NCBI GenBank assembly: GCA_963771165.1
Contig: CAVYSN010000004.1
Location: 30,114 to 94,113, forward strand
Origin: an uncultured bacterium
GTDB lineage: Bacteria > Acidobacteriota > HRBIN11 > JAKEFK01
DNA: 64,000 nucleotides
Reading direction: 5' to 3'
Under the pieces are notes generated by a model. That model did not search any database. It was not told the origin of the DNA and saw only the letters and a program-made list of their open reading frames with translations. Positions 38,762 through 48,580 of the stretch are shown here, piece after piece. The position numbers and the translations under genes are program-made. Numbering within the stretch: the first letter of the stretch is position 1; the number at the start of each line of letters is the position of its first letter.

Positions 38762-39229
38762 ATGAAGCGTCTGTGTGCGGCCATTGGTCTCTTATTTCTG
38801 ATCGGATGTCAGGGGGAAGAATACTACAAAACTCCGGAATCGACACTGGAGCGATACGTTGAAAACCGGAGGATGGGTTCGGCGATGCAGATCGAAGCTA
38901 CGATGAACTGTTTTCCAAAGGAAGATAAGGAGTGGTGGCTGAATAAATCCTTGCGCATTTGTGAATTGAAGTACGGAAAATTCAATCAGATGTGCGGAGA
39001 AAGCGCCACAAACAAATCTGCCCTTTGGAACGATCTTTTCGAAATACGCGGACCAAAGTCCACCAATGTATCTTCTTCTGATATTGACGAAAAAGAGGGT
39101 CTGGCAACTCTTGTTGTCGACGGACAGGAAGTCTATTTCGTAAAACTGAAAGGCAACTGGAAGCTGGACGGTTTCTTTGGAGTGAAGGAAGAGCTCGTCC
39201 AACAATATCCCGAACTCGCGGAGGAATAG
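38762..39229 (+). CDS. Hypothetical lipoprotein
   Basis: MKRLCAAIGLLFLIGC contains a lipobox. 155 aa. Confidence 0.5.
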   Translation: MKRLCAAIGLLFLIGCQGEEYYKTPESTLERYVENRRMGSAMQIEATMNCFPKEDKEWWLNKSLRICELKYGKFNQMCGESATNKSALWNDLFEIRGPKSTNVSSSDIDEKEGLATLVVDGQEVYFVKLKGNWKLDGFFGVKEELVQQYPELAEE

Positions 39230-39246
39230 TTCTTTTAGATACATGC

Positions 39247-39266
39247 GGGCGCGATGAATCGCGCCC
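39247..39266. repeat. REP-A copy
   Basis: GGGCGCGA-TGAA-TCGCGCCC. Confidence 0.8.
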
Positions 39267-39277
39267 AACGTTCTCGC

Positions 39278-39306
39278 TTGACCCACCATCGCCCGGCCTT
39301 TATGAT
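39278..39306 (+). promoter_or_regulatory. Sigma70-like promoter candidate
   Basis: TTGACC, a 17-nt spacer, then TATGAT. It lies 21 nt upstream of ATG 39328. Confidence 0.45.
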
Positions 39307-39327
39307 ACGCAGGATATTGAGAAGGCG

Positions 39328-40912
39328 ATGCTACAAATTCATGAATCCAGACTCGAGAAAAAGCTCTCCGAAATCTATGAGTTCTTAAACAGCAGCTCGT
39401 TTCCTTATCTTTTTGTCATTCTGTCCAGCGCCGTGATACTTTCCTGTATCAGCACCTGGCTTTTCGCAAGTCACAATTTACACATCGCACATTTCGATGC
39501 CAAGGGACACCTTCTCGTCCCGCGTCGAATCATCGATAATTTGAACCCCGGGCTACGTCAGATCGGGGCCTTCTGGCTACCGTTGCCTCATATCCTCTAC
39601 CTGCCTTTTGTGCAAAATGATTACCTCTATTTCAGCGGTCTGGCTGCTACTCCGCTATCAATGGCTTGTTTCGTCTGTACGATATGGGTTTTCTTCAGAT
39701 TTGTTGAAACGATATGTGACAGGTTTGCTGCATTTTGCGCTTCGATACTTTACGTAACCAACCCGAACATGCTGTACTCTGCAATCCACGCCGCTGACAG
39801 AAAATTTGTCTATCCTTTTTCTTATCGCCTCTGTTTACTCTTTCGTTCTATTTTTCAAGCGCAAACAGCGAAAACTACTGGTGGCAGCTTCCTTCGTCTC
39901 CGTGCTCGGAATCCTTACACGATATGAGAACTGGTTCGTCTTCGCATGTATGGGGCTCTTGTTAATCCTTTTGAGCTGGAAAGAACGCCGCGGATTCAAG
40001 AATTTTATTGGGGATTCATTGATTCTGGGTGTTCCGAACGTGGCTGCAATGGCGTTTACATTCTGGATCAACTGGTACACAACAGGCCATGCATACATGG
40101 ATCACAGCTTCAAACATACAGACTTCCAGCCGGCTGACGGCAGTTTTTTTCTGGCTTTTATTGTCATCCTTTATACGCTTGGAAATCTTATCAGTTACGA
40201 CTGGACTCTGTTCGCCTTAATTGCAGCAATTTTTTTGTTCCGGAATCGCTTCAAGGACACTCCGTTCTTAGCCTCTCTCGCGATCCTCGGTCCATTTCTT
40301 CTATACGCCTACGAGTACTGGGACAATCACCCCACGAGAATTCGATACGGATTGCCATTCGTTCCGATCGCGTTTTATTTTCTGTCTTACTGGCCCGGCA
40401 AATCCCGTCTTGTCACTTTTTTGTTTCTGATCTGGACCGGGCATGTCCTGCTCACAAGCCCTTTTTACAAGGTGGGCTCCAGCGAGCTCTTAAACGAATC
40501 CATGCGAGACTCGGACAATCTGGCTCTCCAGGCGGGGCTTCTTGCTTATCTCAAGGAGCACGATGATGGGAAACTCATTCTCGCAGCAATGGGGGACATA
40601 GCGCCGCTACTGTACGATTTAAAATTGCCGGTGAAGCGTTACGTTCATGAAGGAGCGAAACCATACTGGAATGATGCTTTAACTTATGCACATCCTGAAA
40701 AAGTTGTAGGGTGGGTTTTCATGACCCAGGATGACAGGGTCTGGAGAAAATTGCATGACGATCCTGAATTTCACAAACACTTCGCATTAATTGCTCGCAG
40801 CGGATTTCTTGAATTGTACAAGCTCAGTCCGGATGCTGAATACAATGTGAAATCGCACCGGCCTCATTCTACTCGTGACAAATATTCCATGCCAAAACTG
40901 CCCGGTATTTGA
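39328..40912 (+). CDS. PMT_2/ArnT-like polytopic membrane glycosyltransferase (inferred); one frame break near 39800
   Basis: About 11 TM segments. The first loop reads AHFDAKGHLLVPRR. ...NPNMLY|LQSTPLTENLSILFLI is the join between ORFs 39328..39927 and 39806..40912. Confidence 0.5.
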
Positions 40913-40954
40913 GTCTGTCGAAAATGCGGTGTATCGTGGGCTGCTATGCTCGAG

Positions 40955-40984
40955 CTCGGCCCGCGAGACGCGGGCGTTACAAAG
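40955..40984. repeat. REP-B copy
   Basis: ctcggCCCGCGagaCGCGGGcgttacaaag. Confidence 0.75.
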
Positions 40985-41010
40985 AAGCCCTGCTGTACTG
41001 AATGTTAACG

Positions 41011-41039
41011 TTGCTCCAACGGCCCACACTTTTTATAAT
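41011..41039 (+). promoter_or_regulatory. Sigma70-like promoter candidate upstream of hflX
   Basis: TTGCTC, a 17-nt spacer, then TATAAT. The -10 ends 14 nt before TTG 41054. Confidence 0.4.
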
Positions 41040-41053
41040 ACTAACTGGTACCA

Positions 41054-42341
41054 TTGCATAAAAAGACTCAATTAACCAATCTTCTACCCCCCAAAGAAAA
41101 GGCCGTTGCAGTCGGGATTTACTCGAAGCGCGCTCAAAAATGGAAAGAGGAACAATCACTTGAGGAGCTTGGCACACTGGCCGTGACAGCAGGCGCTGAC
41201 GTGCGGAAGATTTTTCTCCAGGAGAAACCAAGGATGGACCCGGCATACTATTGCGGAAAGGGAAAACTGGAGGAAGTTAAAGAATATTGCGATCGTTACG
41301 ATATCGATGTGGTTCTCTTTGACGATCCTTTATCATCCGCCCAGATGCGTAACATCGAAAAAGTATTGGACCGGAAAGTTCTGGACCGCACGCAACTGAT
41401 CCTAGACATATTCGCACAACGCGCCAAAACCGCGGAAGGCAAGCTGCAGGTAGAATTGGCACAAATCGATTATCTGTTGCCGCGCTTGACCGGAAAAGGA
41501 ATGGCTCTTTCCAGGTTGGGAGGCGGAATCGGCACAAGAGGCCCGGGCGAAACAAAACTGGAATTCGACAGAAGACGTCTGCGTGAACGAAGAACTCGTC
41601 TTTTAAAACAACTCCAACACGTGAAACAGATCCGGGAGCTTCAACGCAGCTCACGAAGCGAGATTCCTTTACCGATTGTTGCATTGATCGGATACACGAA
41701 TGCCGGCAAAACAACGCTGTTTAACAGAGCTTACAGGTTCCAAAGGTTTTGCATCACCAATCCTGTTTGCGACTCTGGACCCTGCGATGAAGAGCATGCG
41801 AGCCGCCAACAACCAGTTGATTCTGATTTCCGATACAGTCGGTTTTATTCAGAAAATTCCCCATGAACTGATTGCTGCATTTCGCGCAACGCTGGAAGAA
41901 GTCGTCCAGGCTCACGTGTTGTTGCATGTCATCGATATTTCCAATCAGAACGTGGATGAACAAATCGATGCCGTGCAGGAAACCCTTCGCGAACTCGGAG
42001 TCGATCACAAACCGGTGATTCACGTTTTGAACAAAATCGATCTACTAGAAAGCGATGCCACCATGCTACAATCTTTCCGCAATCGGCTTGGTGAAGCGGT
42101 AGGGATTTCGGCTGAGACCGGCCAAGGACTCGACGAACTCGTTGAGTTAATCGCAATTACGTTAAAAGCTTTCTGGCAGAGGGTGCAACTGTCTATTCCT
42201 TTGCAGGAGCAATCGTTGATTGCTCAGTTGCATCATCAGGGGAAAGTTTACGGCAAACATTATACGGATGGACATGTTGAACTCGATGTTGAGGTTCCGA
42301 AAAAGCTTGCTGAAAAATTGCGTCACTACGCTCATTCCTGA
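41054..42341 (+). CDS. hflX: GTPase HflX, one frame break near 41735
   Basis: LDRTQLILDIFAQRAKTAEGKLQVELAQ, GYTNAGKTTLFN (G1), DTVGFI (G3), NKID (G4). Confidence 0.9.
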
Positions 42342-43652
42342 TCTTCTCGTAGTTCTTTTCTCTGCATTCCTTCTCTACGCGTGCGCCGCCCCGAAACAAA
42401 GAATTGCCCCCCGACCGGATCTCGGGGACCCTTTGCGCGGAACCAATGTTGCAGCAAATCCGGATTACAGGGATGCATATCAGGACTATCTTCAAGGGAG
42501 ATCAAAAAGCAGCACGATCAGGATTCTTCGAGCTCATCAAGACATCCCCTGACTATTATCCGGCCTACCTGGCTCTCGCATACTCGTATCTTGCTGAAGA
42601 CAACACGGAATACGCAGAGAGCTATGTTCGTAAAGCCATAGAAATCAACCCGGATTATGGTCAGGCTCACTTCGTGCTTTCTAATATTTTAGAAGCTCGA
42701 CAGAATTATGCCGGCGGCTCTGGAGCAGTTAAACGAGGTTGCCCGGATCGACCCGCAATACCCTGCTCTCGGCCAGGCACAGAACGTTCTGAAATTGAAA
42801 GCCACCGAACAATACCTGAATACGGGTCGACAACTGGCGGACCAGAATCCGGAAGAAGCTCTAAAATACCTGAAGGCGGCGCACGACATGGCTCCGGAGG
42901 TTGCTCAAATTCCTGTTGAAATTGCCGACATTTTGCTGAAACAAAACAATTGTCGCGAAGCCATTAATTATCTGAGAATCGCAATCGAGAAATCTCCCGA
43001 TGATCTGGATGCAAGAACGCGACTTGCGGATTGTCTTTTGAATCTTCAAGAGTATCAGGAAGCAAAAGACATTTACGAGCATCTTGCACTTCAAATGCCG
43101 GGCAATCCCACGGTTCAACAGCGATTGGAAGAGATTAGAAAGCAGATCTTTGTGGATAGTTTGCCGCAAGAGTATCAGAGCATTCCGCACACAACGGAAA
43201 TCACTCGCGCTCAGCTCGCGGCATACATGGTAGTGAATCTGGAGATCCTGCAGAAATACAGATCGGATAATCAACAGATTGTTGTGGATATCATCCAGCA
43301 CTGGGCACAGAGCTACATCCAAAAAGTTGTAAGTCTCGGCATTATGGATGTCTACCCCAACAGGACCTTTCAACCGAATCAACCGGCGACAAAACTGGAG
43401 CTTGCCAAAGCGATATCCCGAATCCTTGAGATCGTAGAAATGAGCGGCCAGGGTAAGTTCCCCGCGGATCCGAGACTAGTGATACCGGACATACCACCCG
43501 GCCATTTGTACTACGATCTGGTGGTAAAACCTCTTTCTGCAAGAATCATCGGCCTGGACGCAGATGGACGTTTTCACGCTTCTCGCAGAGTGAACGGCGC
43601 TGAAGCCATCACGGTCGTCAATCAACTCAAAGCATTAATGGAGCCTTTATGA
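42286..43652 (+). CDS. TPR-repeat lipoprotein with a C-terminal SLH-like domain; 2 frame breaks (~42500, ~42715)
   Basis: The signal/lipobox is LLVVLFSAFLLYAC. TPR-like repeats follow. The C-terminus reads ITRAQLAAYMVVNL...YPNRTFQPNQPATKLELAKAISRIL. Confidence 0.6.
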
Positions 43653-44893
43653 AGTATTCGATTGCTTTTTTGCTTTTCCTCTTTCAAGTCACGTTTGCGT
43701 TTGCACAAAACGGAAGAATGGTCGCCGTTACGGCGGAAGAAGAAGTCTCAATCGAAAACAACGATATTGCCGCCACGCGAACGATTGCTCTTTCCTTAGC
43801 AACACGGAAAGCCGTAGAGAAAGCCTACGGCACATACATTCGCATTGAAGAATTACCTGAAGCCAGGAGGATCATCGCAACGGCAGCCGCCAAACTGAAA
43901 TTTCAGATTCTTGCGGAGCAACAAAGAAAGAAGAAATACTGGGTAAAGATTCAGGCTGAAGTTGAGGTTCCGGCCGAGTATGTAAAAAATGAAGAACAGC
44001 AGCGGGAAAGGCTCGGTGATTCGATGAACAGCTTCGTTCAAAAATATCCTCAGGGTGAAATCAACTGGGGTGATGGATTCGTCGTTGCCTATGGAAAGGG
44101 CGAAATCACAGATTCAGAAGCAAACGCCGAAGAAAGGGCCACTCGTTCAGCCGAAGTGGATGCAAAGGCTCATCTTCTGGAAATCATCAAAGATATTCCG
44201 CTCGACGATCGATCCAAGACAGGACAGGAACAGCGAATCAGCTTCGCCCTGGACGGCTTTGTGGAGGGATCCGAAGTGGTCGCGAAATCCAAAACCGGAA
44301 CGACCATTCACGTTACAGTTCAAGCTCCGATTCGTGGTGTGAAAGGCTTAACAATGGCAGTGCTCGGCTTTTATACTCCGCCGCCCCCGCCCCCGCCACC
44401 GTCTGTTGAAGAAAAACCGGAAGAACAGGCCACCGTGGCTCAGGCAGAAAAGAAGGAACCTCCGCTGCCGGATCCGCGTCTGTTTACAGGTGTTGTCATC
44501 GATGCGCGCAAGGTTCAGGCGAATGCATCCTTATTTCCGAAAGTTCAGGATACGAAAAAGCAGCAGATTTATGCGGTCGGCCAGGTGAATAAAGAAGACC
44601 TTCAGAAAAGGGGTATGGCCTCCTATGCAGTTGTGTCCCGCGACGCAATTATTTCAAAAATGTTCCCCAAAGCTCTTGTCATTCCCGTGCGTTACCAGGC
44701 CCAAAGCGCACCGGCCCAATCGCAAAAAAGACAGGGAGAGAATCCGCTCATTCTGGCCACCGATGAGGCAGAAGGAGATCTGCAAACAAATATTGTGCTC
44801 AGTGAAGATGATGCTGCCAGGCTGCAGCAACTCGCAGAACAGACGAACGTCCTGAAAGAATGCAGGGTTGTGATCGTCCTGAGCAAAAAGTAA
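43649..44893 (+). CDS. Secreted protein with FlgT-N/LPP20-like domains and a poly-Pro linker
   Basis: A signal peptide is followed by DIAATRTIALSLATRKAVEKAYG and AEERATRSAEVDAKAHLLEIIKDI. There is a PPPPPPPP run. It has an ATGA overlap with the TPR-SLH gene. Confidence 0.5.
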   Translation: MKYSIAFLLFLFQVTFAFAQNGRMVAVTAEEEVSIENNDIAATRTIALSLATRKAVEKAYGTYIRIEELPEARRIIATAAAKLKFQILAEQQRKKKYWVKIQAEVEVPAEYVKNEEQQRERLGDSMNSFVQKYPQGEINWGDGFVVAYGKGEITDSEANAEERATRSAEVDAKAHLLEIIKDIPLDDRSKTGQEQRISFALDGFVEGSEVVAKSKTGTTIHVTVQAPIRGVKGLTMAVLGFYTPPPPPPPPSVEEKPEEQATVAQAEKKEPPLPDPRLFTGVVIDARKVQANASLFPKVQDTKKQQIYAVGQVNKEDLQKRGMASYAVVSRDAIISKMFPKALVIPVRYQAQSAPAQSQKRQGENPLILATDEAEGDLQTNIVLSEDDAARLQQLAEQTNVLKECRVVIVLSKK

Positions 44894-44946
44894 TTTTCAA
44901 AAATCGTAGTGAACGCCTGTCAAAATAAGCGGATTGTACGATTCGC

Positions 44947-45011
44947 TTGTAACGCCTGCCTCCGCGGGCTCCTTAGGCAAGCTCTGCCCGCGAGACGCGG
45001 GCGCTACAAAG
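44947..45011. repeat. REP-B inverted doublet (REPIN-like)
   Basis: cttgtaacgcctgcctccgcgggc ... gcccgcgagacgcgggcgctacaaag. Confidence 0.7.
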
Positions 45012-45073
45012 ACAGAACAAAATTCCGTGCATGACGTAGGTAATTTATATATTTTATGAAGTAGGAGTATCCA

Positions 45074-45595
45074 ATGAATTCAGCCGAATACGAAGCCATT
45101 AGCAGTGCAAATGCGGACGAACAATCCGCTAAAACAGAAGATGCCGAGCCCTTGAGGGCGAGATTGATCCGTTATACCCGAACCGTCACACAATTTGCTC
45201 GTCTTCTGATCGGGCTGATGCTGGATTCGCGCGTGGACAAAAAGGTGAAAATTTTTGTCGGAGCTGTGCTTGCTTACATTATTGCTCCCGTTGATTTCAT
45301 TCCGGAGCTTTTCAGCGGATTATTTGGAATGATGGATGATTTTGTTCTAAGCGCCTTTGCTCTAAATGTGATTCTGAATTGGGTGGATCCCGCAATCGTT
45401 CGGTCTCACTGGACAGGCGAAAAGGATCTGCTGGAGACTGTGCAAAAGGGAATCCGGACCGCGGAAGTACTTGTGCCCGAACCAATCGTGAAAAAAATTC
45501 AAATGTGGATTGGTAGACATGTAGAAAAAGCGCTTGTACCGATAGAGAAACCGAAAAGCAAAGCGCGAAGAAAAAAGACGGATACTCTTCAGTAA
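45074..45595 (+). CDS. DUF1232 (YkvA-like) membrane protein
   Basis: AGGAG lies upstream. The conserved core is VLAYIIAPVDFIPELFSGLFGMMDDFVL. Confidence 0.8.
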   Translation: MNSAEYEAISSANADEQSAKTEDAEPLRARLIRYTRTVTQFARLLIGLMLDSRVDKKVKIFVGAVLAYIIAPVDFIPELFSGLFGMMDDFVLSAFALNVILNWVDPAIVRSHWTGEKDLLETVQKGIRTAEVLVPEPIVKKIQMWIGRHVEKALVPIEKPKSKARRKKTDTLQ

Positions 45596-45637
45596 ATAAA
45601 ATGATTCGGGCGTCCCGCATGTAGAGATCCGCCGACA

Positions 45638-46129
45638 TCAAATGGAAAAAATCGTGCAGCCCCCATTGCTCGAAGCGCGAAAAGCTTTTTTGAAAAGCTG
45701 GTAGATATCCATAAAAAACTGAAACTCTTTCGATTCTTGTTTTTCAGAAACTTTCCGTTCCACCAACTCTTCCCATTTTCTGAAGTCTTCTGCGAGTCTT
45801 AAGACTTGTTTGTGGGCCAAACAAATTCCGCTTTTCACATTGAATCAGATCGAAGAAAGGCTCCTCGGTAAACGCGTCGGGACTGCTCCACACGTTTTCA
45901 ACTTCATAATCCAAGGCAGCGCGGCATAACAATCTTCTCCAGCGATCAAACGTGGGAAAATCAAGCGCAAAACTCCCCTGCAGCGGGCCGGCCAGATAGC
46001 GGCCGCAGGAATTCCGTCCGATTTGGAAGTAATCAACTCAGGCTCAATCGTAAAATCCGCATTCAGTCCTTCTTCGGGCATAATTTCCTGGTAGTACGTT
46101 ACACGAAGCATTTCATTCGACCCAGTCAT
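45638..46129 (-). CDS. Hypothetical protein, 2 compensating frame breaks
   Basis: Three ORF pieces (45845..46129, 45744..45932, 45638..45838) give a continuous plausible sequence. It has an ATGA overlap with the upstream aminotransferase. No family is recognised. Confidence 0.35.
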
Positions 46130-46996
46130 GAAGCAGACTCCTGATGTTTTAGAAAATTTCTATACGCATGCATCAGTTTCTTCGTCACTGTCCCGGGCAC
46201 CGTCAAAAATTGCTTTTGATCCACCTGCCTGACGGGCAGAATTTCCTTCGTTGTGCTGGTGATAAAACATTCGTCAGCATCCAGAAGCTGCTGCGGTGTA
46301 AACTGGATCTCTTCGGTCGAAATTCCTTCTTGATCGGCAAGTTCCAGGGCGAGGGCGCGCGTGACACCTTCCAGCAGGCCTGCTTCCGGAGGAGGCGTTT
46401 TTAGTTTGCCTTCTGCAACGATAAAAATATTGCTGCCTGTTCCTTCTGCTACGTAACCCGCCATGTTGCACAGAATTCCTTCAAACGCGCCCGTCTTCTT
46501 GGCTTCCACATAACCCAGAACATTGTTCAATAAATTACTACTTTTTATTTTGGGGTTTAAGGTTGTGATGTCATTCCGCCGAACCGACACGAGCGAAACT
46601 TTCACACCTTTTTCGTAATACTCCGCCGGCGGAGGTTCCAGCGCTACAACAATAATCACCAGGCTGGGACGTTTGCTGAGGTTCACATCCAGGCCAATTC
46701 TGCCGGCGCCTCGTGTGACTATGATCCTGATGTAACATTCCCGGTTGGACGTTGCTAGCACGGTCCGGCTCACCTGATGCGCAATCTCCTCCAGCGGCAT
46801 CGGCAATTCCATGTAAAGCATGCCTGGCGGAGGTCTGCAACCGCTGCAAATGGCGGTCGATCAGGAAAGGCTGCCGGTTATAGGTTCGAAGGGTTTCATA
46901 AATACTGTCTCCAAAAAGAAACCCACGATCAAAAACCGAAATTGTTGCTTCAGCAGCTGGAACGATTTTCCCATCAATGTTTACAACCTGTTCCAT
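46126..46996 (-). CDS. Class IV (branched-chain/D-amino acid) aminotransferase, one frame break near 46815
   Basis: The N-terminus reads ISVFDRGFLFGDSIYETLRTY. RIIVTRGAG and NLLNNVLGYVEAKKTGAFEGILCN follow. The C-terminus reads ECFITSTTKEILPV. Confidence 0.85.
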
Positions 46997-47031
46997 AGGA
47001 TCTCAGTATAATCGTTTCCAAAGAATCGCAC

Positions 47032-47058
47032 GGGCGCGATTGAAGTCGTCTGCGCCCC
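47032..47058. repeat. REP-A-like degenerate hairpin
   Basis: GGGCGC-gattgaagtcgtct-GCGCCC. Confidence 0.4.
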
Positions 47059-47067
47059 GATTTCCTT

Positions 47068-48468
47068 CTAAATCTTGCGTAGCTTCCACGTCCCCTTTTA
47101 AAAATCCAGGCGCTGACAACTGCAAGTGTGGAGAAAGCGATCATGATCGCCAGAAACACTCCAGTCGGTCCAAACCCGAGTTTTCTTGCCAGGAGCCAGC
47201 CAAGGGGAACTTCCCATAACCAGAAAGCAGAAAAAATTGATTTTTGTTGGCGTTGCCGTGTCTCCGGCACCGTTAAAAGCATTCGTCAGCACCATTCCGT
47301 AGGCATAAAATATGAATCCGATGCTCACAATCCGCAGGCATTTTACTGCATAAGGCATCGCCCCCGGATCTGTTGTAAAAATGGAAACAATCGGTTCAGC
47401 AAGCAACACGAAAATCAGCCCGATTATTCCAAGAAAATAAAAATTATAACGACAGGTGATCCAAACCGACTCCTCGGCACGATCCGGTTTGTTGGCGCCG
47501 AGATTTTGTCCCACCAATGTGGCCGCAGCATTGCTCATTCCCCAGGATGGAAGGAGAGCAAAAACAATGATTCGAATTCCAACCGTATAGCCCGCGACAA
47601 CCACACTCCCAAAACCGGAAAGGATCCTGATAAGCCCCAGCCAGCTGGTGGTCCCCACGAGAGATTGGATGATTCCATTTCCGGAGATGCGGATCATAGA
47701 CCGGATTACAGGGAGATCCAGTTTTAAATGCTCCCTGCGGATTTGAACTCGTCCGTGCCCGCGTATGAGCTTGGTCAATTGATAAATGACACCGCTTCCA
47801 CGACCGATATTTGTGGCGACTGCGGCGCCCGTGACTCCGAGCTCTGGAAACGGACCGAGTCCGAAAATAAAACAAGGCCCCAGCAGGATGTTGATCGCGT
47901 TTGCAAACCACAAAACGCGCATGGCGATTGCCGCATCGCCGGCGCCCCGAAAAATGGCATTGATCAGAAACAAAAAAATGATTGTTGCATTGCCTGCAAA
48001 CATCATCCGTGTGAATCCTGTTCCTTCGCGGATCACATCTTCCGAAGCACCCATCAACATTAAAAATTTCGGTGCCAGTAAACCTCCGGCAATTGCTACC
48101 GGAATCGATACAGCCAGCCCTAAAACCATGGCTTGAACGGCGGCCACCGCCGCCCCGTCAGGGTTCTTTTCACCGATGCGACGCGCAACGGTTGCCGCGG
48201 CCCCCATAGAAAGTCCGATAGCAACGGAATAGAGCAGCGTTAACATGGCTTCGGTTAAACCGACTGTCGCCATTGCTGCTGGACCTCGCCGGGAAACGAA
48301 GAAAATGTCCATGACGGCGAAGATGGATTCCATGCAGACTTCCAGCACCATTGGTACTGCCAGCAAGAGCACGGCCTTGCCAATCGGTGTCTCTGTGTAA
48401 TCATGCGAATGGCTTCCGCGAACTGCTTCGCGCAAGTCAGACCACAACTTCGACTTCCCCGTAACCAT
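47068..48468 (-). CDS. MATE family efflux transporter, 2 frame breaks near the 3' end (~47225, ~47098)
   Basis: A 12-TM protein. The C-terminus is restored as ...FCFWLWEVPLGWLLARKLGFGPTGVFLAIMIAFSTLAVVSAWIFKRGTWKLRKI* if a G4 run is read as G5. Confidence 0.85.
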
Positions 48469-48491
48469 ATTTTTGAATCCCCTATGATAGA

Positions 48492-48578
48492 AGCTAAAAC
48501 TTAAATGTTAAAGGATAAAAGTTAAAAGTGCGTGCTGACAAAACCCTTTTAACCTTAAACTCTTAATTTTTAACTGAG
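48492..48578. repeat. Word-hairpin element, TAAAAG/TAAAGG family (F5), flanked by a 10-bp direct repeat
   Basis: TTAAATG TTAAAGG ATAAAAG TTAAAAG / cccttttaaccttaaactcttaatttttaac. CTATGATAGA occurs at 48482..48491 and 48579..48588. Confidence 0.8.
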
Positions 48579-48580
48579 CT

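Noticed and set aside
45845-45847. In-frame TGA joining ORFs 45845..46129 and 45638..45838, a possible third selenocysteine site
   Set aside because: The protein-like sequence across this position (...FDRWRRLLCRAALDYEVENVWSSPDAFTEEPFFDLIQ...) is in another frame. The TGA is again inside a mis-framed segment, and no Cys motif aligns with it.
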